Of a stretch of 32,603 nucleotides of DNA, positions 1 to 13,899 are shown piece by piece; positions within the stretch are counted from its first letter, which is position 1, and each line of letters starts with the position of its first letter. The DNA is from Paecilomyces variotii (lineage: Eukaryota). Where the stretch lies: assembly GCA_004022145.1 (NCBI GenBank), contig RCNU01000037.1; one strand, written 5' to 3'. The notes below the pieces were generated by a model. The model searched no databases, was not told where the DNA came from, and worked only from the letters and a program-made list of their open reading frames with translations. A program made the position numbers and the translations under genes.

Positions 1-856
1 AAAGAGAGGCCTTAGTAGTAGAATCTTAAAGGAAGATTTTCTTAAAATTTTTATCTACTTATTAAGCACTTTACCTAATTATTTAAATAGGCTTAGTTAT
101 ATTTAGAATTACTTTAAATCGGGCCTTTTTCTCTATAATTATCGCTATAAACTCTTACTCTCTCTTCTTTCTTAATAGCGTATAATTAGTCTTTACTTAC
201 TAGATAATTCTTTAAAGAATAGCCTTATATTTTAGGTAAGACTATAAAGTGCAGTAAAAAAGCTTACTCTTATTGCTAATATTCTTAATATAGAGGTAGA
301 ATAATAATTAGGCAGTAAAATTAATACTAGTCTATACTATAGTATTTAGGTTAAGTTATTAATACTTATTATTACTAGCTGCTTCTATAGTAGTAATAAT
401 ATATTAAATAATTCTAAGGTCTTTACCTTAGGTTTTTATATCTTATTATTATAAAGGCAGTAAATAGTTTTTATAATAGCAGATTTAATATAGCTTAAAT
501 AGTAGAGACTTAATTTACTATTTTAGCTCTTTTATATTACTTATAGTATTAATAATTACTATAATCTCTATAAATAACTTTAAGCCCTTAATAGTTATAA
601 TACTATTATAGTTAGTTAATTCTTTAATATTATTATTAGTACTTTCCTTAAACTTGCTATAAAAGTATAAAAGAATATTTTCTTTATTAGAAGATATAAT
701 AGCGCTATATACTTAATTAACGCACTATATTATCTTCTTTTAGAGTAACTCTAGAATAGCCTTTTAAGATATAAAAAACTAGTCTATATAATAGAAGCTA
801 CTATTGCGTTATATTTTAGAGTTACTTTACTTTAGTCTCTTCTATCTCGGGGCTAT
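1..856 (-). pseudogene. Unidentified RIP-degenerated ORF running off the left edge of the window
   Basis: One minus-strand frame from ATA(ATG?) GCC CCG AGA at 856 reads as a basic N-terminus (MAPRxKR), an acidic stretch, then a coiled-coil-like segment (..RKEREQEFMAMIAEKEARF.. after de-RIP). Its stops are all TAA/TAG. No family recognised. Confidence 0.3.
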
Positions 857-2049
857 TTCAGTAGCTAAAAAAATTAGCTAACTGGTCTTATAGTATAAAA
901 CAATAGTTCTTATATAAACAGAGAGTTTTATACTATAGTTTTATACTATAGTTTAGGCGACTAAAGAGTAATACTATTTATTAAGAAAATAGAAGTAAGG
1001 TAAAAAAGAGAGAGTTTAAAGAGCAGAGAATTAAAAATATAAAGATAAGAGATTAGGCGTTATTTATTAAATTAATATTTACTTTATCTTATTAGTAAAT
1101 TCTATCTAGAAGGCTTTCTTAAAGTAGCCTATTAATACTTATTAGATAACTAGAATTTAGACCTCTTAGCCTATAGATTACTAGTCTTTAATAATTTATC
1201 GCTAGTATATATCTTAGCAGTATTATTTTCTATATAATAAATAGCTATTTATTAGCTTTAATACTAGATATTAAGAAGCATCTATATAAACTAACCTTAG
1301 TCTTCCTTTCTCTATTTAAGAAAAAGTCTTTTATCTTCTATTATAAAGTTAGAAGCTAAAGAAGAGTTTAATAAGGCTTATATAATTGCTTATAGATTTT
1401 GCGGGTATTATTTATTAAATAAAATACATTATTATAGACTTACTTTAGCCTCTAATTATTAAGAGATACTTCTGCAGTAAATTATCTTTTTCCTATATAT
1501 AACTATACTATAACTAGATTAAATTATAATAGCTTCTACGCTAAAGACTTTAAGATATTAAATATATTATAGATTAAATATATAATAATATAGTAATAAA
1601 GTAAATAATATTATTATTTAGTATAAATTATTTATAAAGGCTCTAGCGCTATATAATAAGGCTTTATTAAGCTTACTATAGAGTATAAGGCTAATAACTT
1701 AATTTTAATCTTTATCTTTATTACTTTTCTCACTATAGTTATAACTATTTATATATATATTTCTTTAACTCTTAGGTTTATATAAGGTTTATATTATATT
1801 TCTATAATACTATATATAATACGCGAAAATTTTCGTATTTCTATATATCTTTATATATATTTAACCCTAATACTAAATATCCGCCTAATAACTATAGATT
1901 TACCTATATAATAATGCGTTAATTCTATTAAAAAACCTAATATCTATTACAGAAAAAGATAAGCTTAGCTTATAAGTTTAGCTTAAGGTAATATGCTAAT
2001 TATTAATTAATTATAACACATATTAAAGGTCTATTAAAGAATTATTATA

Positions 2050-4850
2050 AAGATAAAAAATTTAGAAATAATCTCTTTTTAGCCGGCTCGCGCTTTTATT
2101 CTTATATAGAATATAGTAAAATAAGTTTTTTTAGCCGCTTATTCTCGCAGCAATAATTATACTTATCTAGTATTATTAATAATAATATAAGTTTTACTAT
2201 AGAAATATTAACTATATTTTACTAACTTAAGAATAAGAAAATATCCTTTATTTAAAATGCGCTTAAACCGCTATTATAGCTAACTTATATTTATAACTAA
2301 TATATTCTCTAAATAAAAAAAGATACTTAAGTATTTAATAGCTAGTTTTAAATAACTCTCTTCTATAATACTATTATTAATATATTAGGGACTAATCTTA
2401 AATATTCTAGATAAAATAGTAAGCAATATAAATAATCTAAGTCTCTATAAGAGTACTATTAAGAAGTTACTATAATTTGCAGTAGTAAACTAATACTTCT
2501 ATATACTTTATACTATACTATAATTCTATATCTTATTACTTACTTAATAAGTACTATAATAATAACGCGATATTTTATTACTTAAGTATATAATAAGGTA
2601 TAATAAAAGAGGCCTACGCTTAATTAATTTTCCTTAAATACTTTTATTAAAAAAGTAAGTAATTTCTAATATTATCCTATAAAAGGCTTCCCTAGTATAG
2701 CTCTATTATACTAACTAGTATATTACTTATTATAGAGTTAAATTAAGCATTTAAATCTTACTCTCTCCTTTAGCAATAAGTATTTTTAAGAGGCTTTACT
2801 TTAATATATAATTACTTCTAATATATTATTTTAATATATAAAAATACTTAAGTTTATTAATCTTTTAAACCTTTATTATTTAAAATTACTAATACTTAGC
2901 TATAAAGCTCTTAAAGCTAGTATTAATCGCAAATATCTATAAGTTTAGGCAGAGATTACAGATAGTATATTCTTGCAATATTAAGTTTTTCTTATATTAA
3001 ATATATAGTCGAGTCTTAACTATTTATTATTTTTATTAATTATTATATATTATATTAATAATAAGTAGTAATACTATAAGATCTTATTTATCTTTTACCT
3101 ATTATTAAATTTATATATAGGGTAAAATTTATTATAAGTTATATATTCTATGCTAAAAGACTTTAATATAGATTTTAAGCTTTTTACTATAACTGCAGAT
3201 AATATATTTAATAATATGCGCATAGCTTTTTTCCTTAAAAAGGAACTATATAAATATAGAATTAAATAAGAGTATAAGGCTAAATCTATTAATTATCTTA
3301 TATATATAATTTAATTAGCTATTAATAAGCTCTTAAAGGTTTTAAGAATAGTTGCTAAGAATAAATTAGTTAATACTTACTTAAAAAAGTCCTAACTAAT
3401 AAAGATTACTAATAAAGTTAGTTTTAAAAATATATTTCGCAAGGTATAATCTAATATTTCTGCTATAGCCTATATTAATATTAATAAACTTAGGCGCTTA
3501 CTATTACTGTTAATTTATCTCTGCAATAATTTAAATAGTTTAAATATTATTAAAATTCTAATAAATAGAACTATTATAACTTAGAAATACTACGCAGCTA
3601 TATTTATATTAGTTTAATTTAAGATATTAAAACCCGCTAGGGTAATACTTATAATATGCTTAAATATATCTAGGAGATAAAGTATACTATCTTCCGCTAA
3701 TTAAGCATATTATATTAAAGCTTAAGAATAAGAAATAGTAATATATAGATATTTTACTAAATATTCTAAAACCTTTTTCTATAATTACTTAATATATTAA
3801 TATATTCTAGGCGCTAAGTATCTATAAGGTATTTTATTTATATAACTATTTCTTTAAATATCTTAAGATAGTAAAAAAGTAATAGAATACTCTTTATCGC
3901 AATAGGTATACTATAGCGCTTATTGCTGCTATTAATATAATAAAAGATAAATTATCTAATTATTATAGCTAGACAAAGAGTTAATATAGAAAGTTCTATG
4001 CTATTAGTATAATCTTTAATCTTATAAAGAAACTAACGTTTTATTAAGTAAGTATTATATTCCTAATACTATATATATTACTAATAACTTATATAGTTTA
4101 GTTAATAGAGGCCTAAATATAAGGATCTATATTATAAAGAGTTTCTTACTTATTATAATATATATTATAGGTATTTAAAGCCTATCTTTCTAAGTCTAGA
4201 ATCTATTAGTATATAGATAATATAGTAAAATAAGGTAGCTAATATATTATTCTTTATCGGTTAAGATATTCTTATATAATCTTAATCTTATAATAAGCTA
4301 AAGATATTAAAGGCTAAGTAATATTTATAAGATCTCTTATAATAATTTAATATAGATAACTTAGCCGCTAGAGATATTCTTAAAATATAGTTTTCTTTTA
4401 AATATAACTATCTAACTCTTATAAAAATAGCTTAAGATATTTTATTTATTCTAGTATTTAAAGTTAATATAGAGTATATCTTTAATACTTATTATAATAT
4501 CTGCTATTATCGGCGTAATTAACTCTATAATCCTATTATTAAAAAAGTTATAATTCTTAAATTCTAGAGCTTTAAGAAAGATCCTCTATCTACCCCTATT
4601 ACTCTTTATATACAGGGAGATATATAGCCTAATATTCTACTTAACGATAATTAGACAGTTATTAATAATGCTAGCGATACTAAGAATAATAAAAGATATC
4701 TTCTTCTTAATATACTTTCTAATAACTAAGATCTTACTATTATAATCCTAGAGAATTCTTATAATAGCGCGACAGATAATAAAGATAATAATCTTCCTTC
4801 TCCTAGAGTATTGCTTTAAGTATTTTAGGAAAAGCTTCCTTAGAATTTAT
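2050..4850 (+). pseudogene. hAT transposase (RIP-inactivated)
   Basis: De-RIP motifs in hAT order: DxWSS..H (~3000), SHTGxNL (~3110), TADNASNN (~3190), QDVKTRWGSTYDML (~3620) and the dimerisation domain MARDVLSIPASGVGVERIFNTCRDICHYRRNRL (~4428-4530). Ends approximate. Confidence 0.88.
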
Positions 4851-5017
4851 ATTATTTAGTTATTTTATATATAGCTAAATAGTCTTTTTTATTATCTAAT
4901 TAAACTTATATCTTAATAGAGATATCTTATTAATATAATATTTAACTTATTAACTATATAATAGTATAAAATTTTATAATATATACTAACTTAAAAAGGA
5001 AAGTAAATTATATATAG

Positions 5018-5181
5018 AGCTTATTAAGCTAAGCTTATAAGCTAAGCTAAGCTAAGACTCTTAACTTAACTTAAGGAGCTAAGCTAAAACTCTTAGCTTA
5101 ACTTAACGAGCTAAGCTAAGACTCTCGGCTTAACTTAACGAGTTAAGCTAAGATTTTTAGCTTAACTTAGCTTATCTCTTA
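5018..5181. repeat. Subterminal GAGCC/GGCTC-type repeat array and right end of hAT-1
   Basis: Tandem gctaa/cttaa units (RIP form of gccga/ctcgg) with a ~31-bp higher-order unit, e.g. gagctaagctaagactctcggcttaacttaa. Confidence 0.8.
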
Positions 5182-5182
5182 C

Positions 5183-5255
5183 TCTATTAAAATTAATAGT
5201 TATAAGAAAGTATAAAATATTATAGTAAATAGTAGAGCTAAAATTAATATAATAT
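5183..5255 (+). pseudogene. Gypsy aspartic protease, 5' fragment
   Basis: ata gta aat agt aga gct aaa att aat ata ata reads as (M)VDSGAEINMM after de-RIP; the frame continues at 14136. Confidence 0.8.
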
Positions 5256-5470
5256 TAGAGTAGTTATAGAAAACTAAAAAAACCGAATTAAACTAAACTA
5301 AACTGCCTATAATTTAGTTTAGTTTATAATTTTATAAACTGGAACAGTTTATAGACTTTATAAACCGAACTAATAATTTATAGTGCATTATATAATTTTT
5401 TTAGATTTAGTTTTTTTAGATTTTTTAATTTAATTTAGTTTTTTAGTTTTTTTTAGTTACTTTAAATTAA
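5256..5470. repeat. hAT-2 TIR and AACCG/CGGTT subterminal repeats
   Basis: aaccgaatta, aactaaactaaactgcc and tttagtttagttt (RIP forms of aaccgaaccg / ttcggttcgg). Confidence 0.75.
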
Positions 5471-5799
5471 TCTAAATTTTTATATAAATCTTATTAATCT
5501 TTAAGAATTATTTAGATTTTTATTTCTTTATAATATCTATTACTAAATATTAACTAAAAATTAATAAAATAATATTAGAATATAATATTAGAGTCTAACT
5601 TAAGTTAAATTCTTAACATTTATATTAGCCTTTAATATAGTTAATCTAGCATAAGTAATAATTAGAAAATTTAAGTCTATCTATAATTACTGCATTTCTC
5701 TAAGAAATTAGTAAGAATATATAAAAACTCTAAATATAGGCAATTTATCTAATTATTCTCTTTTATTATAAGTAGACTTAATAATAAGTTAATCTATTT

Positions 5800-8620
5800 A
5801 AATACTTAAAAAACCTTAACCCCTAAATTGCTCTATTTAATAATCTTTATTATCTATATTTATCTCTCCTTTTAATATATTATCTATATCCTTATTATTA
5901 CTAATTAAATTTAGTAATTTAATCTTCTCTCTTTTAGATTATTAATTATTAAGTATTATATTTATATTATTAGTTATTACCTTAAACTCTTACTAAATAG
6001 TGAAATTTTTAATATATATAAGAAATATTAAAGCATAGATTATATTAAGAAATAGTTAGCTATATTAGTAATAATAAATATCTCAGGTACTATTAAATAA
6101 TTATTCTATACTAATACTACTTAATAGGATTATAAAAAAATCTTAGGCTATTATTATAAGAATTAAGAATTAGTATTTATTAATTCTCTAATAATTAAAG
6201 ATATTATCTAATTCTAATAAACTTAATCTAACTTAAGTTAAAATAATACTATATAATTTAGGTATAATATTAAATAGAATATTACCTTTAATAAGATAAG
6301 TCTAAATTTCTTAATAAGTACTAGTAGTACTTAAAGGGAGATAATAATATTTAGATTATATAAGCGCATAATCTAAGATTAAGACTAATAAATAGATTCT
6401 TAATTATATCTTAATATTTAGATTTTAATTACTATAGTATTAAAATACCTTATAAAAAATCTTTTTATAAATATTATATTAGTTTTTTATTATATCTTAT
6501 TAGACCTAAGTTTTAAAATATTTAAATTTTATACTAGGGTAAAGGATTATTATAATTATATATATAAATCCTTAAGATTTATATATTTTAGTATAATAAG
6601 TTTATAACTTATTATAAGCTTTAAATAAAGTATCTTAGAGTTATATCTTCTATATAGCTCTTTTTAATTTTAAATGCTCTATATAGTTATTAAGATAATT
6701 AAAGATAGTATTATAGATTTTAAAAACCCTATAAACTAATAGACTATTTATCTTTAATATAGTAAGAATAAGATTATAGAATAGCCAGGTTAACTTAATA
6801 AAATATTTAACCTAACGCTATTTAATAGGGGATAATATTAAAAAATAAATATCTTCATTAGCCTATAATATAATAAATCGTCTAATTACTATATATAGTT
6901 TAAGGGCATATATAAATATAAGATATATTAAATTCTATTATATCTAGTAATTAAAAAGTAATAATTTTAGCTAACTAGTATTCGATTATTATAGTATTAA
7001 GAAATATTCCTAATACTAAGGGCTTATATTAATAAATCTAATAATCTTGCGAACCTATATAGAAATCTATTAGTATTAATCTAACTTAAGTTAGATAAAA
7101 AATACCTTTTCTAATAATATTAGAATACCCTAAGAATATAATAAGCCTCTATTCTTTTTTATATCCTAACTAATACTATTATTAATAAGAGTATTAATAT
7201 AAAATTTACCTAGTAAAGCATTAACTGCAAGTTATAAAATATATACTAAATATAGAATATAATAGCGATTTAAAATAAGTTAACTTAATATTATATCTTA
7301 GAAATCTTCTAATAATAAATCTGTTTTAAGCTTATTCCTTAAGCTTTTATCTAGCTCCGCTATTAAAATAATATTATTATTTATATTATCTATAATAATA
7401 GTAAGAATCTAATATTATAAATTATATTAATAAAGATTCTTTAACAGTATTTTAGCTAAGTTTTTCTTAGTATATAATCTATAAATAGGATTAAAGGCTA
7501 AGAATACTTCTTTATATACCTATTTTATATTAATGAAATACTTAATTATAATAAGAAAAAAATATTAACTTTAATTAGTTTAATAATCTAATATTAAAAA
7601 AATCTTTCTTTACTCTAGTAAATATAATAGCATTTTAATATAATTAATCTCCTTAAGTTTAAAAAGGCGTGCTTAAATCTAATATTAGTTAAATAACTCT
7701 AGATATAAATTACCAGTAGCTATATATAATATATAGTAGAACTAAATATATTTAACTATTTAAAATAATTAGCAATATCCTATAATAAAATACAGGATTT
7801 AATTATATAATATATCTAATATATATATTAAATTAAAAGTTTTCTAAAGAAAATATTAGTAATAAAATCTATATTAATTACTTAGTTCTTACCTTTACAA
7901 TTAATAAATTTTTAATTATTGCTATTTTTTTAAGTCTTATCTCTAGATTAATATATAGCCCTTTTTATATAAGCGGCTATTAAGCTAATATTATTTCCTC
8001 CTTTATAAAGATATTAAAGAAATATAGAGTAATATAAATATTATATATAAAGAATACTAGAAATATTATCTATAATTTCTTAATAATATTGCTATATATA
8101 TAATTAAGTCTTTATTTTTATCTATTAAAACTTAGACTATTATTTTATAAACTTTATTTTACTTTATTAAGATTTAAAAATCTAAACTTATTCTAGAAGA
8201 GCTAGATAGACAATAGCCTTTTCTTAATTATATCTTACTGTCTTAAGTTTAGTTAAGTTAAAAATATTAGCTTTAGATTAGGGCTTATATTATTTAATAA
8301 GATTATAATTAAAATTTATATCCTAGATATTAGTATTTAAAGATAAAGGAGTCTTATAAGTCTTTATAGGAATATAAATAATATAATTCTAAAACTATAA
8401 TAAAGGACTTAATAATCTTAATATATCTCTATTAAAATAAAATAAGAAGGAAAAGAAATTTAAAGATAATAATATCGGCAGCAGTATAATATTTATAGCA
8501 TTTTAACTTAAATTAAATTCCTGCTTAGATATATTTATATCTTAGATTATTATAGAGCTAGCCTAGATTATTAAGATATACTATTTTTTTCTTCTATTCT
8601 ATAGTCTCTATCTTTATAGT
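5800..8620 (-). pseudogene. hAT-2 transposase (intron-containing, RIP-inactivated)
   Basis: Minus-strand de-RIP motifs: ALDCWT (~7580), SHTGENLA (~7465), TTDNASNN (~7385), VRKIVRFINASPQ (~7035, after intron 7055-7105), WNSTYLM (~6920) and YW..N...FPILATMARDFFAIPSSGVGVERLFNSARDICHYRR (~6060-6200). N-terminus approximate. Confidence 0.9.
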
Positions 8621-9019
8621 TCTACTCTTTTATCTTTAATTATTATTCTAAAATAAAAATAAGAAGTAATAGCTATACTAACTTAAATTAAATCCTTAAA
8701 AACTAATTTCTATCCTATTAATAGAATTTACTCTAACTTAAGTTAGAGATAAAGCTTCTAAATAATATAAGTTTTTATTACTAGAGGAAAACTACTCTTA
8801 GATAATTTAATTTAAAAGTAGAGATTATATTATTAGTTTAAAAAAAAACCTAATTATTTTATTTTTAACTTAAGTTAGTTTCTTATATATTAAGCAAATA
8901 TTATTAAGATAGCTTACTTAGAGCTAAATTAAAAAACTTAAACTTAAACTAAAAACTTAGCTTTACTCTTATATTTATAATAATAGTATTATTATAATTA
9001 TTTAATAATATAATTAGTA

Positions 9020-12000
9020 AGAAAAATAATTTATCTTTATTATTATTATCTATATTATTCCTTTAAGGTATATTATTTACCCTATTAATCTCTATATCTT
9101 AATCTAGAATTTTAATTAAATCTTATTTTAACTTTAGTTAGAATAAATATACTAATTTATTTATCTATAAAATCCTTTAATACTTTTTATTTCTTCCTTA
9201 AGGAGTTAAAAATAATAGCTTAAAGCTATTTCTAATTCTCTAATTTATATTATTCCTTATTATTATTATAAGGGTATTTATTTATTAGCAGTTAGTTTAA
9301 TAAGATTAAAAGAGGTATATATAACTTTTTTTAAGCAGTATATTTATTCTTAATTTTAAGATTATAGTCTAGCGTAAAATACCGCAGATATTTATTTATA
9401 TTATTTATATCTAAAGCTTAATCTTACTTAATTAAAAGATTAGCAATCTCTCTTAGTGCCTATAAGTACTAATATTATTTCTCTTAAATTAGGTTAATTT
9501 CTAACTTAAATTAGATTAGTAGTATATATACCTTAGTCTTAATAAAATTCTTAGAATTCTTCTTATAATTATTAGTCTTAAAAAAGCTAAGCTTTATAAT
9601 ATAAACTATACTTCTCTTAATAAATTAGTATATCTATAAAGCCTTAGCAATATTAGATTAGGTCTTTAAATTATCCTTATATTAATTAACTTTTAAAATT
9701 CTTAGATTCTTTACTATATTATTATATTAGAATTAGGCTTATTATATAATACTGCTAAAGGCAGTAAAGATAAAAAATTATTTACCTTATATTATAATAG
9801 TTTTAACTTAAGTTAGAATAGTTTAAACTTATAATCTTACTCTTATTATTAAATTAACTTATAATATTCTTAAAATTAAGTAAAACTGCTTTAGAAATTA
9901 TATAAAAGATATAGGCCTAATAGTATTACTTAAAATAGGAAAGATATATATACTATTAGTTATAACTATCTTATTCCTTAATATCTTAAAAGTAGAGATT
10001 ACTAAGTAATTCTAGCAGCTAAAAGATATTAATATTAATTCTAATTATAGTTAAGTAAGGTTATTATATAATGCTTTAAATTTGCCTAAGTCTATAGAGA
10101 ATTTTTATAAAGCTTATTAATAAGTTTTTCTATAAAGTCCTTAGCAGTATATATATTATTAGACTTATAAAAGAGAGAATATTAAAATTTATTTATCTAC
10201 TAAAATTCTTAGAGATATTTAAAGGCTATAATAAGATACTGCTACTCTAGATTATACCAGAATATAATATATTTTAATATAGATTTTAATAAAAGACTAA
10301 TTTTATTATTAAGATTAATTTATAAACTCCTATAATAATTAGTTTATAATTAATTTTTATATTTAACTTAAGTTAAAACTTATTATAAGAGGAACTTAAG
10401 TTCCTTATTCTTTAAAATATTCTTCTATATTTATATATATACTTTATCTAATAGGGCTATAAGGAAAAACAGTTATTAAATAGGGTTCTTAAGAAATAGT
10501 ATAAGAATCTTTAAGCAAGATAATAACTATTTATTAAACTACCTGTAATCTAGAGATAATTTAAGTTTATTATTTTTATAATCTGCCTATAAAAAAAAGA
10601 ATAATATATATAAGGTATAATTACTTGCACTATAATAATACTTAGTAATTAATTTTTAATCTTCTGCTAATATTATTCTATTCTACTTATTTATAAAAAT
10701 TGTTTTAATAAAGCTAAAAAACTTCTTAAATTCTATAAATTAAAATTAGATTCTTAAATATACTTAATTTAGCTTTATATTTATAATTATCTCTCTTAAT
10801 ATATAATTCTAATAAGAGCAACTATAAGCTATCTATAAATACTCCTATAAATATTATAATTAAATATTATTATATAAAGAGGCTATAGCATAAGCTATAT
10901 AATTAAATAATATACTAATAATAGAGCGCGCCTAATTTTTAAACTCTTTATAGTTTTTTAGCAGTTCTTTATATTAATCTATAAATTTCTTCTCCTACTC
11001 CTTAATAAATAAGAGTATATATTCTCTATTAATATTAATATAAGTAATATCCTTATAATTAGATTATAATGCTGTAAGAACTTCTAATAATATTACCTTA
11101 TTATAGAGGTTAATAGCCTAAAGATATACCTATAGATTAATTAGCTAAATTCTAACTTAAGTTAAAATAGGGATATATATTAGCCTATAGTCTCTTAATT
11201 ATCTTTTTTTTATAATTAATAGCTTTAGTAGCAGCTACTTCTTTCTACTTAATTAGTAGCTCTAGAAGAGCTATATAATAATATTACCCGGCTTATAATA
11301 CTAGTAATATAAACTTTTCCGGCTACTTCTTTAAGTAGATAAAAAAGTTATTATCTTTATCTTACTACTGCCTTAAGAGACTATAAATATTACTAATATC
11401 TATTAGTTCTAATAGTTCTGTTATATATACCTATAATACTAGGTTAAAGTCCTTAATATTTAGAGTTACTTTTATTTATATATTAATATTAAATCTCTAT
11501 ATATTAGTGCAGAACTTATTCTTTAAGTTCTTAATATAATTAATATTAATATCTTAATTGCGTTCTATATCTTTCTAAGATATTTTAAGCTTTCTTATAT
11601 CTATATATAATATTCTTAAATATTTATTCTTAAGCTCTATATAGATTATATTATCTCTTATTATTAAGAAGACTCTAGCTTTAGCTATATAGGCCTTCGG
11701 CCTATATAGTATATTAATCTCAATAGGCTTAAAATTTAAATAGAGTTCTATAGAATTTCTATAATTATAAGCCTTAAATTTCTTTTATTAATACTTCTAG
11801 CTAGATTCTCTATACTAAAATCCTAGAGAGTTTGCCTTATTATCTAATAGATATTTTTATTATTTATACTATTTCTCTAATAGATAAAGTTATAGAGTCT
11901 TTAACTTAAGTTAGAATTTTAATTATAATAGGGTTAGTAACTTATAATAGTATATAATAATCTTCTCTTATATCCTTAAAAATAATCTAACTTAAGTTAG

Positions 12001-13440
12001 ATTATTATCTAGTCTATGCGCTATTTCTTACCTAGAGTAAGTTAGAATTTACTCTTTTTACTAAAGAGTATATTTAATAAAAGAAGTAAATACAATAAAA
12101 GAAAAAATAATATAATATATATACTCTTAATATAGACTATACCTAATTAAGAAATTATATATATATAGGTATATAATATTAGAGACTCCTTAAGCTCTCT
12201 TATTAATTATTCTATTATTACTTTAATTAACTATTACTAGTAAAATTACCGCTAATTAAATAAATAAGCCTTACTTACTTTTTAGAGACTAAACTTATAA
12301 ATTCTAACTTAAGTTAAATTATAAGTAGGTCTATTATATATTTAATTTATTATTATCTCTACTATTAGTAATATCTTATAATAACTTACTGCTTATATTT
12401 CTTTCTTAATAGCTTATAATAGTATCTTAAAGATACTTTAAATTCCTAGGTTTTAATTAAATATACTTAATTAAAAGATTAGTATACAATATTTATTATT
12501 TATCTTATTCCTCTATAGGCTAAGTTATATATAGGCAATAGTCAGTTTATTTAGTAATATAGCTAAAGTAGCGCTAAATACTTTAAGTATAACCTTCTAG
12601 TATATTTTAACTTAAGTTAAAATGCTCTTTTCTAGCTTAGATTATCTATTTAAACTACTTTCTATACTTAGAGCTACTATAATAATAAATAACTTATAAT
12701 TTCTCTTAACTATTGCTTTATAAAATCTCAATATTTCTCTTTTAAAACTACCTCATTTGATTTGCCTTTAGAAAAGAAAGATATTAACCCTAGGTTATAA
12801 TAATTACCGTTAAGATTAATTTAATTATTCCTAAGGATATCTTTACTAATCCTAAAGCTACTTTATCTGAAATTACTATATTTCTTATTTAGCTTAATAA
12901 GATTAAGGGATACCCTTATATTTATTCTTGCCTTCTTTCTTTTCTTAATATTACTTAAAAGATAAATTAGTAAACTTTATTACCTAATATTAATATGCGA
13001 GATATATATTTTTACTTATAGTCTACCGCAAAAAAGCACTAAATAACCTAGTTTACTATATTTAATATGCTAATAAAAATATAAGTAGCTAATTTAATTT
13101 AAGATAAATAATTCTAGTATATTTAAGGAATTGCTTTAATTACTTCCTTAAATAATAAGAGAAAATATCTTATAATTTAAGATTGTAATCTATAAGATCC
13201 TAGCTAAAAATAACTATATTAATTTCTTCTTCTAGCACAGAATTATTTCTTAAAATTAGTAAAAAAAAAGACCTTAGTTTTATTATTATAGTATTATATT
13301 AATAGAGCTAAATTAAGGTAAAATAAGTATCTGCAATTTACAATAGAATAGCTATATTAAATAGCTTAATTAGGGGATTATCTATTATAAGAGAATAATA
13401 TTTAACTTAAAAACTATATCTAGATAAAAAAGAAATAGCT
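9020..13440 (-). pseudogene. Large multi-intron accessory gene of hAT-2, unknown function
   Basis: Long minus-strand exon-like frames with only TAA/TAG stops (e.g. ~9190-9460, 10000-10325, 10620-11120, 11200-11400) separated by short GT..AG introns (e.g. ~9460-9531, donors at ~9840 and ~12031). Ends approximate; no domain recognised. Confidence 0.6.
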
Positions 13441-13899
13441 ATAAGAATAATATAATCTTAGTAGTTTAAACTTAAGTTAGAATTTTAGTAAGCTTTATAA
13501 GTATATAGAATTTATATATTTTCTGTAGAAGTTATAACTTACTAATTATATATAGATTTTATTATTAACTTATTAAAAGAATAATTTAGAAATTACTTTC
13601 TATTAAGAATAATAATAGTAAATAAAATCTATTCTTTAGTTTAATAACTTTAGCTTTTATAATAAATTATATATATTATTTAATAGTACTTTATTAGTAC
13701 TATAGTTTATAAATATATATATATATTTCTATAATAATTATTTTAAAGTCTATATTAATATTTAATAATATCTTAAAAGACTATCTTTATACTTTTAGAT
13801 TTAATATAATAATATTATATTTAAACTATTTTTTAGCTATAGATTTAAAAGGATATAAATTTAATAATAATATAAAATAATATAGAATATTAATACCTT

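Larger units (their letters stand above)
1950..5181 (+). mobile_element. hAT-superfamily DNA transposon relic (hAT-1)
   Basis: Contains a hAT transposase relic. 1962-1986 (agcttagcttataagtttagcttaa) is a 24/25 inverted match to the inner part of the right-end array (~5024-5048). The right terminus ...gcttatctctta at 5181 resembles aaaagataagc near 1954. The left boundary is approximate. Confidence 0.8.

Noticed and set aside
1923-1949. ttctatta (1923) or atctatta (1942) as the left TSD of hAT-1 matching ctctatta (5182)
   Set aside because: The first is not adjacent to a TIR. The second needs a non-RIP mismatch and a 3-bp TIR length difference. Such matches are common in AT-rich DNA.
1-1951. 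Starship captain (DUF3435 tyrosine recombinase) with a TTAC boundary
   Set aside because: The position and a TTAC at 1947 are suggestive, but no recombinase motif could be read in the relic frame.
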